DNA of 64,000 bases. It comes from Oceanispirochaeta sp. (lineage in GTDB: Bacteria > Spirochaetota > Spirochaetia > DSM-2461). The translations under genes and the position numbers were made by a program. This document shows positions 49,689 to 58,118 of the stretch, one piece after another. Numbering within the stretch: the first letter of the stretch is position 1; each line of letters begins with the position of its first letter. The notes beneath the pieces were generated by a model. The model made no database searches, was not told where the DNA came from, and saw only the letters and a list, made by a program, of their open reading frames with translations. The stretch spans positions 800,001-864,000 of the forward strand of contig CAXXXD010000003.1 of NCBI GenBank assembly GCA_963663385.2, written 5' to 3'.

Positions 49689-49753
49689 GTTTTGTCAACA
49701 ACTCAGGAGAAAAGATAAAAGTGTAAGCGGCCGGTGACCGGGAGCAATCTATC

Positions 49754-50683
49754 CTAACTGCAACGACGCTGCAATTCCTCCCACTTCCGGTCTATATCTT
49801 TTTGAAGAGATTCGATAAGAGTTTCGTTCCCCTTAGTAAAAAGGTGCTTAAACCTGCCCTGAGGTTTGAGAAAATCCTCAATAGGCAGTTTCTTCCCAGG
49901 CCTGTAGTTCAGTTTCCAGACACCGTCTTCAACCTCATACAGGGGCCAGAAGCAGGTTTCTACGGCAAGGCGGCACATCTCCATCAGATCCTCCGCCGGA
50001 TAGCGCCATCCCCTGGGACAGGGGGCCAGCACATTCATAAAGGCGGCCCCTTCGGTATACAGAGCCTTTTCCGCCTTAACATGCAGATCCTTGAAGGTTT
50101 TAAGAAAAGTGGTCTGGGCCACATAGGGAATATTATGGTTTGCCATAATCCCCGTAAGATCCTTCCGGCACTGGGGCTTCCCGTTTGATTCGATCCCCGA
50201 AGGGGTCGTTGTGGTATCCGCATACCGGGGGGTAGCCGATGATCTTTGGATCCCCGTATTCATATAAGCGCCGTTGTCATAGCAGACATAGACCATATCA
50301 TGGTTCCGTTCCATGGCTCCCGACAGGGACTGAAAGCCGATATCCGCCGTTCCGCCGTCACCGCCGAAGGCGATAAATTTGTAGTCACCATTTATTTTTT
50401 TCTTTCGTTTCAGAGCATTATAGGCCGCTTCGACACCGCTGACAGTCGCCCCCGCATTTTCAAAGGCGTTATGTATAAAGGAGTCCTGCCACGCTGTATA
50501 GGGGTACATGAAAGTGGAGACTTCCAGACATCCTGTGGCGCATCCGACTACAGCTTTATCTTCCTCCTTCAGAGCCCGCATAATGCCCCTGACGGCAACA
50601 GGAGCGCCGCAACCGGCACACATCCGGTGCCCCCCCTTGAGCCTTTCCGGTTTTTCCAGTTCCTTTTTTAAACTGTAAGCCAT
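49754..50683 (-). CDS. porB: Pyruvate/2-oxoacid:ferredoxin oxidoreductase beta subunit
   Basis: 'GHRMCAGCG', 'ATGCLEV', TPP motif 'GGDGG...DNGAYMNTG', 'PCPRGW'. Confidence 0.92.
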   Translation of the reverse strand: MAYSLKKELEKPERLKGGHRMCAGCGAPVAVRGIMRALKEEDKAVVGCATGCLEVSTFMYPYTAWQDSFIHNAFENAGATVSGVEAAYNALKRKKKINGDYKFIAFGGDGGTADIGFQSLSGAMERNHDMVYVCYDNGAYMNTGIQRSSATPRYADTTTTPSGIESNGKPQCRKDLTGIMANHNIPYVAQTTFLKTFKDLHVKAEKALYTEGAAFMNVLAPCPRGWRYPAEDLMEMCRLAVETCFWPLYEVEDGVWKLNYRPGKKLPIEDFLKPQGRFKHLFTKGNETLIESLQKDIDRKWEELQRRCS

Positions 50684-51876
50684 TATTTATCCTCCTTGTC
50701 TCTGAGAGAGAGGTATCTGTAGGTTTCTCCGGTCTGTCCGGATTCGATAATATCAAACAGAGCCCTGTAAACGTCTTCGATGTTCTCGACCCTCACATCC
50801 CTTCCGCCTATACCGTAAATGTAGTTGACCAGTTTTGGCGCAGGGGAAACCCCGAACAGGGCGGAACGGATTTCGGCATTTAACGGACCGCCCTGGTTGC
50901 TGAAACTGTCGCATCTGTCCATTACGGCAACAGCCTTTACATGTTTCAAAGCATCTGCTATCTCTTCCGCCGGAAAGGGGCGGAAAAAGCGGATCTTAAG
51001 GAGACCTGCTTTTTTCCCATCCGCCCTCATTCTGTCAACGGCATCTTTTGCTGTGCCCGCTGCCGAGTTGATTACGACAATCGCCGCTTCGGCATCTTCC
51101 AGTTTGTACTCTTCAAACAGGCCGTATTTTCTTCCTGTTATTTCTTCAAATTCTTCGGCTATTTCCAGGGCGATTTTTTTAGCGTTTCTCATCCCCTCAG
51201 CCTGCAGCCTTTTGTGCTCCATATAGTAGGCGGGAATATCATAAGGTCCTATGGACATGGCGCACTTATCATCCAAGAGAAAATTGTCAGGCAGATAATC
51301 TCCAACAAAATCTTTTACTGCCTTGTCATCGGCTATTTCGATATTCTCTACAGCATGGCTGGTAATAAAACCGTCCTGGCATACCATTACAGGCAGTCTG
51401 ACATCCCTGTGCTCTCCCAGGCGAACTGCCTGGATAAAATTATCATAGGCTTCCTGGTTATTCTCCGAATAGATCTGAATCCAGCCCGCATCACGGGAAC
51501 CCATGCTGTCTGAATGATCCGCATTGATATTTATCGGACCCGAAAGGGCCCTGTTTACAACAGCCATGGTTACGGGAAGACGGTTGGAGGCTGCGATATA
51601 CAGAATCTCATGCATCAGGGCCAGGCCGCAGGAGGATGTGGCGGTCATGGTACGGGCTCCAGCCGCCTGGGATCCTACGCAGGCTGACATAGCGCTGTGT
51701 TCGCTTTCAACAGGAACAAACTCCGTGCTAACCAGTCCGTCAGCCAGGTATTTGGCATAATACTGGGGGATTTCTGTTGATGGTGTAATGGGAAAGGCCG
51801 CCACTACATCCGGTTCTATCTGCCTCATTGCCGTGGCAATGGCTTCATTTCCTGATAGTCTGTCTCTCTTGGGCAT
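50683..51876 (-). CDS. porA: Pyruvate/2-oxoacid:ferredoxin oxidoreductase alpha subunit
   Basis: 'AFPITPST', 'ESEHSA', 'NRALSGP', 'DGFITSH'. Confidence 0.92.
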   Translation of the reverse strand: MPKRDRLSGNEAIATAMRQIEPDVVAAFPITPSTEIPQYYAKYLADGLVSTEFVPVESEHSAMSACVGSQAAGARTMTATSSCGLALMHEILYIAASNRLPVTMAVVNRALSGPININADHSDSMGSRDAGWIQIYSENNQEAYDNFIQAVRLGEHRDVRLPVMVCQDGFITSHAVENIEIADDKAVKDFVGDYLPDNFLLDDKCAMSIGPYDIPAYYMEHKRLQAEGMRNAKKIALEIAEEFEEITGRKYGLFEEYKLEDAEAAIVVINSAAGTAKDAVDRMRADGKKAGLLKIRFFRPFPAEEIADALKHVKAVAVMDRCDSFSNQGGPLNAEIRSALFGVSPAPKLVNYIYGIGGRDVRVENIEDVYRALFDIIESGQTGETYRYLSLRDKEDK

Positions 51877-51886
51877 TCTGTTCTCC

Positions 51887-52192
51887 TTATTGACCTTCCG
51901 GGATCATGGTGATGCATCCGACCGGGCAGACTCTGGCACAGACGCCGCAGCCCTTGCAGTGATCATAGTCGAATTCCGATCTCTTTCCATTTACTGCTGT
52001 GATTGATGAATCGGGGCATACGGGAATACAGAGCAGGCAGTGGGTGCATTTGTCCCGGTCCAGTACGGGCCTGTCCGTTCTCCAGTCTCCTGTTTTAAAC
52101 TCAGCAGAATTTCCTCCGGTACAGATGTTTCCTCCCGGAGTGATGTCCTGCCAGCAGACCGTTTCTTTTACAACACTTTTTCCGCTCATCAC
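51887..52192 (-). CDS. porD: 2-oxoacid:ferredoxin oxidoreductase delta subunit (2x[4Fe-4S])
   Basis: 'TGDWR..RP', 'CTHCLLC...CPD', 'CKGCGVC...CP'. Confidence 0.92.
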   Translation of the reverse strand: MMSGKSVVKETVCWQDITPGGNICTGGNSAEFKTGDWRTDRPVLDRDKCTHCLLCIPVCPDSSITAVNGKRSEFDYDHCKGCGVCARVCPVGCITMIPEGQ

Positions 52193-52761
52193 CGGACCTC
52201 CCTGAGGGCTGTTCTCAATGCCTTCATATTTCCTTCTATTACCTCCGGTTTGGAGGCGAATTTATGTTCGAAAGAGTGCTGCATCTCGCCGATGAACTCC
52301 TCTTCATCCATAATTCCGCTGATTTTCACAATGGAGGCAAGCATGGGGGTGTTGGGAAAGTTCTTCCCCAGCGCCTCTTCCGAAATTCTTCTGGCGTCCA
52401 CCGTAAAGATTTTTCCCCCGTACTCCTCAAGGCGGGGGCGGATCATTTCCTCTGTTTTTTCTGTATTGATAATAATGGCTCCCTCCGGTTTCAGACCTCT
52501 GGTAACGGGGATATTTCCGATCAGGGTTTCATCTATGACCACAACGAAATCGGGGTTGTAGATATTCGAATGAACACGGATCCTTTCATCGCTGATTCTG
52601 TTGTAGGCTGTAATGGGGGCGCCCATTCTTTCGGGGCCGTATTCAGGAAAACCCTGAATAAATTTCCCTGTGTTGAAGGCAACATCCGCCAGAAGGAGGG
52701 CGGCCGTTTTAGCTCCCTGTCCTCCCCGTCCATGCCAGCGGATTTCCAGTATATTCGACAT
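52189..52761 (-). CDS. porC: 2-oxoacid:ferredoxin oxidoreductase gamma subunit
   Basis: 'EIRWHGRGGQG', 'FPEYGPERMGAP'. Confidence 0.92.
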   Translation of the reverse strand: MSNILEIRWHGRGGQGAKTAALLLADVAFNTGKFIQGFPEYGPERMGAPITAYNRISDERIRVHSNIYNPDFVVVIDETLIGNIPVTRGLKPEGAIIINTEKTEEMIRPRLEEYGGKIFTVDARRISEEALGKNFPNTPMLASIVKISGIMDEEEFIGEMQHSFEHKFASKPEVIEGNMKALRTALREVR

Positions 52762-52805
52762 GACATTCTCCTTGTTTCCCCTTCAAAAGGGGATGTCCTG
52801 GTAAA

Positions 52806-52822
52806 TACAAGGAGCATGCCAA
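52806..52822 (-). promoter_or_regulatory. Sigma-54 (-24/-12) promoter of porCDAB
   Basis: Minus strand reads TTGGCATGCTCCTTGTA; divergent enhancer-binding protein gene. Confidence 0.72.
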
Positions 52823-52923
52823 CTTCAATACAGGAGAATTTCAATGGTTTGATACTATATTGGTGTTGTAAATGTTAGTATATTAAGTAAAAGTGTTAGA
52901 AAATATGTTAGAATTGAAGTGCT

Positions 52924-54333
52924 ATGCTTAAATATGAAGATTTATATTCGTCCGGACTGTTTGAAAAAATACTGGACAGGAGTAACGACGGAATCAATGT
53001 TGTAGATACTGACGGGAATATCGTCTATGTCAATCAGATCTCCGCTGACTATGCTGCTACGGAAATTTCAAAAATGCAGGGGAAGCATATTTCTGTTTTC
53101 TACCCTGATGCGGTTCTGCTTAAGGTTCTGAAAAACAGGCATGCTGTTCTGGATAAGACAATTCACTATGTGGGCACAAAGAAGTATGTTGTAAGCTCCT
53201 TTCCTATCTACAAGGAGGGACAGTTCGCCGGTGCCTTCTCCATTTTCAAGGATATACAGGAAATTGATGAGCTGAACAGAAAAGTGAAGTTTCTGGAAAT
53301 CCAGATTTCCCTGAACAGGCCGGAAAGCCGGTTTTCATCGGTAATCGGGAATGACGGGAGTTTAAAAGATGTGCTGATTAAAGCCAAACGAACAGTCGGG
53401 TCTCTGGCCGGTCCCAGGCACTCCATTATTATCGGTGAGTCCGGGACGGGGAAAACCATGCTGGCCAACCTGATTTACGAGTATGCCAAAGAGGTCGGAG
53501 TTATCGATAAGGGGGCTCCTTTTATAGAGATAAACTGCGGGCAGTTTACCAATTCGGATATTGCCGCGGTGGAAATTTTCGGCAGCGAAAAAGGCGCCTA
53601 TACAGGGTCTGTACAGAAAAAGGGGCTTTTTGAACAGGCTAACGGCGGAATCCTCTTTCTGGACGAAGCCCATGCGCTTGGCAGTTATCAGACAATGCTT
53701 TTAAAAGCTGTAGAATCCGGCAGGATAAGACGAATAGGGGGGGGCAGGGAGATCTCAGTGGATGTCATTATCATTGCCGCTTCCACAAAGAACCTGAAAG
53801 AGGAGATGCTCCCCGAACTGTACCAGCGACTGGCCCAGTATCAGCTTTATCTGCCGTCTCTGCAGGAAAGGGGAGCCGATGAGCGGACTAATCTGCTGAA
53901 CCACTTCATTGAAAAATATATCAAATCGGTTGAGGAGCTTCAGGGGCTCCGGTATAACGTGAAATTCAGGGAAGAGGCGAGAAAAGCCCTAATAGATGCC
54001 CATTACTCAAGGAATATCCGGCAATTCCGGGATGTGGTGAACTACAGTATCGATGCGGCAGCTCCTCTTATCGCTGATATACAGGACCAGGATGAAATTT
54101 TTACCGAGATCGGTCTGGAACACCTGCCCTTTGAAATTGCGGAAGAGCAGGGCGAAGAGAATCCTGATGAAAAGATAGTTATAGACGAACAGGCGGCTTC
54201 CTTTATAGAAGAGTGGCGGGGGGCAGGATACGGACCCCGCCGGATTGCCGGGAAACTTGGTGAGAAAGGGTACAGGATTGAATATTACAAAGTTGCCTAC
54301 TATCTGAAAAAAAACAATCCGGACAAATCCTGA
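52924..54333 (+). CDS. PAS-domain sigma-54-dependent activator (bEBP)
   Basis: N-terminal PAS; 'GESGTGKT', 'INCG', 'GAYTGS', 'GLFEQANGGILFLDE', 'RNIRQ'. Confidence 0.88.
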   Translation: MLKYEDLYSSGLFEKILDRSNDGINVVDTDGNIVYVNQISADYAATEISKMQGKHISVFYPDAVLLKVLKNRHAVLDKTIHYVGTKKYVVSSFPIYKEGQFAGAFSIFKDIQEIDELNRKVKFLEIQISLNRPESRFSSVIGNDGSLKDVLIKAKRTVGSLAGPRHSIIIGESGTGKTMLANLIYEYAKEVGVIDKGAPFIEINCGQFTNSDIAAVEIFGSEKGAYTGSVQKKGLFEQANGGILFLDEAHALGSYQTMLLKAVESGRIRRIGGGREISVDVIIIAASTKNLKEEMLPELYQRLAQYQLYLPSLQERGADERTNLLNHFIEKYIKSVEELQGLRYNVKFREEARKALIDAHYSRNIRQFRDVVNYSIDAAAPLIADIQDQDEIFTEIGLEHLPFEIAEEQGEENPDEKIVIDEQAASFIEEWRGAGYGPRRIAGKLGEKGYRIEYYKVAYYLKKNNPDKS

Positions 54334-54747
54334 CAGCAGTGATGATGTTATATTCACGGTTGTCGCATATGCAAATATCGGATGGGGTTTAGCATCTGAA
54401 GACTTATTTACAATTATAGGAGCCTGTCACTCAGATGACGGCCCCTTACATATCGTTATTTCAATCTGCCTCCATAAACAGGAAATATCCGGGCTTCTCC
54501 ATATCTCTGATCTGTTCCGGATTTTAAGGATACCCATATCCTTATCTGTAAGGTTGAAATGTTTATTTCATCATATAGATTGCCTCCTGAACAGGTTATC
54601 AGTCCCTGCCGCTATAAGGAATTCTCATTGTCAATGCAATTGCTTCTCTATCTTACCTGTAGAACATGGCTTTAAAAAAATATCAGAGCTGAATCAACAT
54701 AAACCAACAAAAAATATTGATATATGTTGAAATATGTGGTTTGATAG

Positions 54748-54770
54748 TTGTCAGACAAGTTTGCCTGACA
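54748..54770. promoter_or_regulatory. Palindromic operator, GntR-like
   Basis: TTGTCAGACAA-GT-TTGCCTGACA just before the RBS of the lipoprotein gene. Confidence 0.5.
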
Positions 54771-54785
54771 GGTGAAGGAGAAAAA

Positions 54786-55967
54786 ATGAAAAGAATACTT
54801 ACCCTTATTGCAGGGAGCCTTATTCTGGCGGCCCTGGTGTCCTGTACATCAACAAGCAGTGGCGCAGATGTAGATTCAATAACAAGTGAAATCGCGCTGA
54901 GTGAGGCTTATAAAGCCATGGATCTGCCTACATATGACGGCACTCTCAGCTCTCCTGATCACTTGAGCTTTTATGAAGCCGTAATGCATTCTGTTGCGGC
55001 TGCTGATATGACAGAACTGGCCGAAACATTCAGTAAAGAAAAGAGCCTTTCCATTCTTTCCGGATTCGGACTTGAAAGCACCGGCGATGATAAATACGAC
55101 AGTTTTACCGCAGCTGCCCTGGTTATCGATATCATCGATGCCGACTGGTATAGCAAAGCTTCTAAAAAGGAAACACCCTCTTCTGCCGATCTGGATACTC
55201 TTTTCAGTGGTGTTGACAGTTTTTACCACAGTGAAGACTCAGGTGAGTCTATTTCTGATGCGGGTGTTTTTTCCGCACTTCTGGAAGACTGGAACAGCTA
55301 CGCCCTCGTCCGGGGGATCGATCTTCTGGATACGGTAGATGAAGCAGTTATCAGAAGCATTGTTACAGGTTACAACGTGCTTGAAACAGCTGATCATCCC
55401 GGTTACGCCCCTGAACTGACCATCACATACGGTCACAGCGATATCAAGCATGCCCTTCAGCTGCTGGCTCTTCTGGACAGCGAAGGTCTGGATGCAGAGG
55501 TTGCCTTCCAGGGCAAGACCAGTGCATTCCTATATCTGAAAGAGTGGGGTGAACCTACAGAAAGCGATACCTTCCAGGTAAAACAGATTCCCAACGGTAA
55601 TTATGTAGCCTACTCCAAAGAGTACAATCTGCTTTTCCAATTCAAGACAGTTGAAGAAAAGAATGATTTTGACCGTGTGATTCTGGCTTATGCCAAGAAG
55701 GACAGTACCGATGAACCCGGCCTGATTTACGGTTCCTGGTGGCAGCCTCTCTACTTTTCCGCAACTCCCATGGGTGAGGGATATAGAACAATCACCGATC
55801 ATGTCATTCTGGACGGAGATTATGAAGCACATCCCTTCTCCCTGAACGAGCGGGCTGAAGAAGTTGATGCCGGTTTCATGGATATTGATCCTTCGGTTAA
55901 TCTGAACAGTGTGGAGTTCTGGGTTAACCAGGCATTCTACAACTACTTGACCGGTGAGTTTAAATAA
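54786..55967 (+). CDS. Acidic lipoprotein of unknown function
   Basis: Lipobox 'LVSC' after MKRIL...; AAGGAG RBS; conserved-looking 'YGHSDIKHA', 'SAFLYLKEW', 'SWWQP'. Confidence 0.8.
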   Translation: MKRILTLIAGSLILAALVSCTSTSSGADVDSITSEIALSEAYKAMDLPTYDGTLSSPDHLSFYEAVMHSVAAADMTELAETFSKEKSLSILSGFGLESTGDDKYDSFTAAALVIDIIDADWYSKASKKETPSSADLDTLFSGVDSFYHSEDSGESISDAGVFSALLEDWNSYALVRGIDLLDTVDEAVIRSIVTGYNVLETADHPGYAPELTITYGHSDIKHALQLLALLDSEGLDAEVAFQGKTSAFLYLKEWGEPTESDTFQVKQIPNGNYVAYSKEYNLLFQFKTVEEKNDFDRVILAYAKKDSTDEPGLIYGSWWQPLYFSATPMGEGYRTITDHVILDGDYEAHPFSLNERAEEVDAGFMDIDPSVNLNSVEFWVNQAFYNYLTGEFK

Positions 55968-55984
55968 GCATAATGAATTTAAAG

Positions 55985-56021
55985 AGCCGGGCAGGATGAA
56001 AGCTCTGCCCGGTTATTTTTA
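55985..56021 (+). terminator. Intrinsic terminator
   Basis: GCCGGGCAG ... CTGCCCGGT followed by TATTTTTA. Confidence 0.7.
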
Positions 56022-56190
56022 TTGCTTGATCATACGCCTGTTGGTACAGAATATCCCATTGAAGACCAGAGAACAGGAACGAAAGATGTAAAAGTCCGGA
56101 ATTTCACCTTTAATGTCACTCCTCATGAACTGGTGACAGGTCTGATTACGGAAAACGGGATATTACGGCCTCCCTGGGCGGAGAGGTTAA
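56022..56190 (+). pseudogene. Remnant of an MtnA/eIF-2B-like sugar-1-phosphate isomerase (C-terminus only)
   Basis: 'G.EYPIED...VKVRNFTFNVTPHELVTGLITENGILRPPW' matches the MtnA C-terminal pattern 'IPIE...NPAFDVTP.ELIT.IITE.G...PP'; no N-terminal part or RBS. Confidence 0.7.
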
Positions 56191-56212
56191 AATCTAAGAG
56201 GGTGGTTGGGAA

Positions 56213-56971
56213 ATGCTTGCTGAACAACGAAGAGAGTACATCTATAAACTCCTGATGCAGAAGGGCAGTATCACGGTTTCCGAGCTCAGTCTTCTGTGCC
56301 GTATCGGTGAAGAAACCATCCGCAGGGATCTCAATAAAATGGCTGCTGCCGGCCGGATCGAGAAAATCCACGGCGGCGCCTGTATCCGGGAATCCATGCA
56401 CCGGGTTCTTCCTGTCTCCACCCGGAGAGGTCTCAATATGGATGCCAAACAGAGAATTGCACTCAAGTGCTGCGATCTTGTCGAAGAAGGTGACACCATT
56501 TTTCTGGATGGCAGCACAACAGCGCAGGCCATTGCGGAAGTTCTGATCCCTTTCAGTAATCTGATAGTTATTACAAACTCTCTGGATGTCGCTCAGATTC
56601 TGGCCGCCGGAGAGAGTATCAAAATAATTGGTATCGGCGGGACGATGCGGAATACAACCAAAACCTTTGTCGGGCACTCAACGGTTATGGATATTGGAGC
56701 GTTCTATGCCGATAAGTGCATCATCTGCTGTGACGGCGCGGATCGAAGCTGCGGTATCACCGATGCCCATGAACAGGAAGCGGAAGTCAGGAAAACAATG
56801 CTCTCTCACTCAAAAACACGCATACTGGCCGCGGACCGCAGTAAATTTGATAAGACATCTTTTTCCAGGATCTGCACATGGGATCTTCCGGATATCATCG
56901 TGACTGATATTGAGCCTGATGAAAAGTGGAAAGCCTTTTTTCAGGAAAAATCAATCCGCTGCGAAATTTAA
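56213..56971 (+). CDS. DeoR/GlpR family transcriptional regulator
   Basis: 'ETIRRDL', 'HGGA', 'IFLDGSTT', 'TNSL', 'DRSKF'. Confidence 0.92.
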   Translation: MLAEQRREYIYKLLMQKGSITVSELSLLCRIGEETIRRDLNKMAAAGRIEKIHGGACIRESMHRVLPVSTRRGLNMDAKQRIALKCCDLVEEGDTIFLDGSTTAQAIAEVLIPFSNLIVITNSLDVAQILAAGESIKIIGIGGTMRNTTKTFVGHSTVMDIGAFYADKCIICCDGADRSCGITDAHEQEAEVRKTMLSHSKTRILAADRSKFDKTSFSRICTWDLPDIIVTDIEPDEKWKAFFQEKSIRCEI

Positions 56972-57038
56972 GACAGCTGCAACTGTATCTTTAAAAAAGT
57001 TAATTTAATCGCAAACTGGGTAATTATATATTAAAACA

Positions 57039-57090
57039 TGCGTTAGACTGGACTTGAACCAGCACAGACTTGCGGCCACAGCCCCTTAAA
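57039..57090 (-). pseudogene. 3' half of a class II tRNA (tRNA-Leu-like); att-site-like fragment
   Basis: Minus strand: TTTAAGG (loop) GGCTG T GGCC-GCAA-GTCT GT GCTGG-TTCAAGT-CCAGT CTAACGC A; no D arm or 5' acceptor strand. Confidence 0.75.
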
Positions 57091-57654
57091 CTAGCGGTTC
57101 TTCCCGATCAGACTCATAAACTCTTCCCGTGTCGCCGTGGAGGAGTGGAAGCTGCCCAGTACGGATGAGGTCACCATGGAGGAGTTCTGTTTCTGCACCC
57201 CCCGCATCATCATGCACATATGACGGCACTCCATAACCACGCCGACCCCTTCGGCGCCGACTTCCTCCCGTATGGTATGGGCAATCTGGGAGGTCAGCCT
57301 CTCCTGAATCTGCAGCCTTCTGGCGTAATAGTCCACAATCCGGGCCATTTTGCTTACGCCTATCACTTTATCTTTTGCAATGTAGCCGATATGGCAGGTT
57401 CCGAAAAAGGGGAGCATATGGTGCTCGCAGAGGCTGTATACTTCAATATCCTTGCACAGGATCATATTATTGGCTTCCGATTCAAAAACCGCGCCATTGA
57501 TTACTTCATTCAGGTCCATGGAGTAGCCGCTTGTGAGGAATTTATAGGCTTCAGCCACTCTTTCCGGAGTTTTTACCAGACCTTCCCTGTCGGGATCTTC
57601 TCCAATCTCCAGAAGAAGTTCATGTACCAATTGTGTAACTCTTTCTTTATTCAT
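57091..57654 (-). CDS. folE: GTP cyclohydrolase I
   Basis: 'REGL.KTP.RVA', 'SLCEHH', 'RLQIQERLT', 'HMCMMMRG'. Confidence 0.96.
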   Translation of the reverse strand: MNKERVTQLVHELLLEIGEDPDREGLVKTPERVAEAYKFLTSGYSMDLNEVINGAVFESEANNMILCKDIEVYSLCEHHMLPFFGTCHIGYIAKDKVIGVSKMARIVDYYARRLQIQERLTSQIAHTIREEVGAEGVGVVMECRHMCMMMRGVQKQNSSMVTSSVLGSFHSSTATREEFMSLIGKNR

Positions 57655-57749
57655 TTTAAATCTCCCAAGGGCAGACTGAATAAACCTGTCCTTTAGTAAA
57701 ACAGTGATCCTCTACCGGTTTATCAGATCAGAGTAATCCTGTCTATTGC

Positions 57750-58118
57750 TTATATACGGGTGCGGAAAATTTCCACTCCCACGGATTTGCAGAACCTGAG
57801 GGCTGTTGGTTTTTCCACTTTAACCTGAACAGCCTGAACGCCCTCTGTGGAGAGACAGAGATTCGCAACGGCCTGTGTCAGCTTTTCCACCAGGAGGTAG
57901 GAGGAGGATTCCACCATATCCATAACAGCCACTTGCAGGGCATGGTAGTTAACTGCATCGTTTATATCTTCAGTGTCAATGGCGTTAGAAAAATCCGTGT
58001 AAAGGGTCAGGTTGATAATCACATCCTGTCTGTTGACTCTCTCCTCGTCATAAATCCCTATTATGGTTCGAACCAGAAGGTCACGGATAAAAATTTTATC
58101 CATTTTTTCAAAGTCCAT
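57750..58118 (-). CDS. folB: Dihydroneopterin aldolase / FolX-like
   Basis: 'IFIRDL..IIG...ER...Q', 'VNY', 'LVEKL', 'VEKP.A', 'VGVEI.R'. Confidence 0.85.
   Translation of the reverse strand: MDFEKMDKIFIRDLLVRTIIGIYDEERVNRQDVIINLTLYTDFSNAIDTEDINDAVNYHALQVAVMDMVESSSYLLVEKLTQAVANLCLSTEGVQAVQVKVEKPTALRFCKSVGVEIFRTRI

Noticed and set aside
54334..54720. Riboswitch or small gene in a 390-bp intergenic gap
   Set aside because: Only very short ORFs and no RNA motif I can recognise.
57039..57125. Intact tRNA-Leu gene
   Set aside because: No D arm or complementary 5' acceptor strand; the upstream sequence is folE coding DNA.
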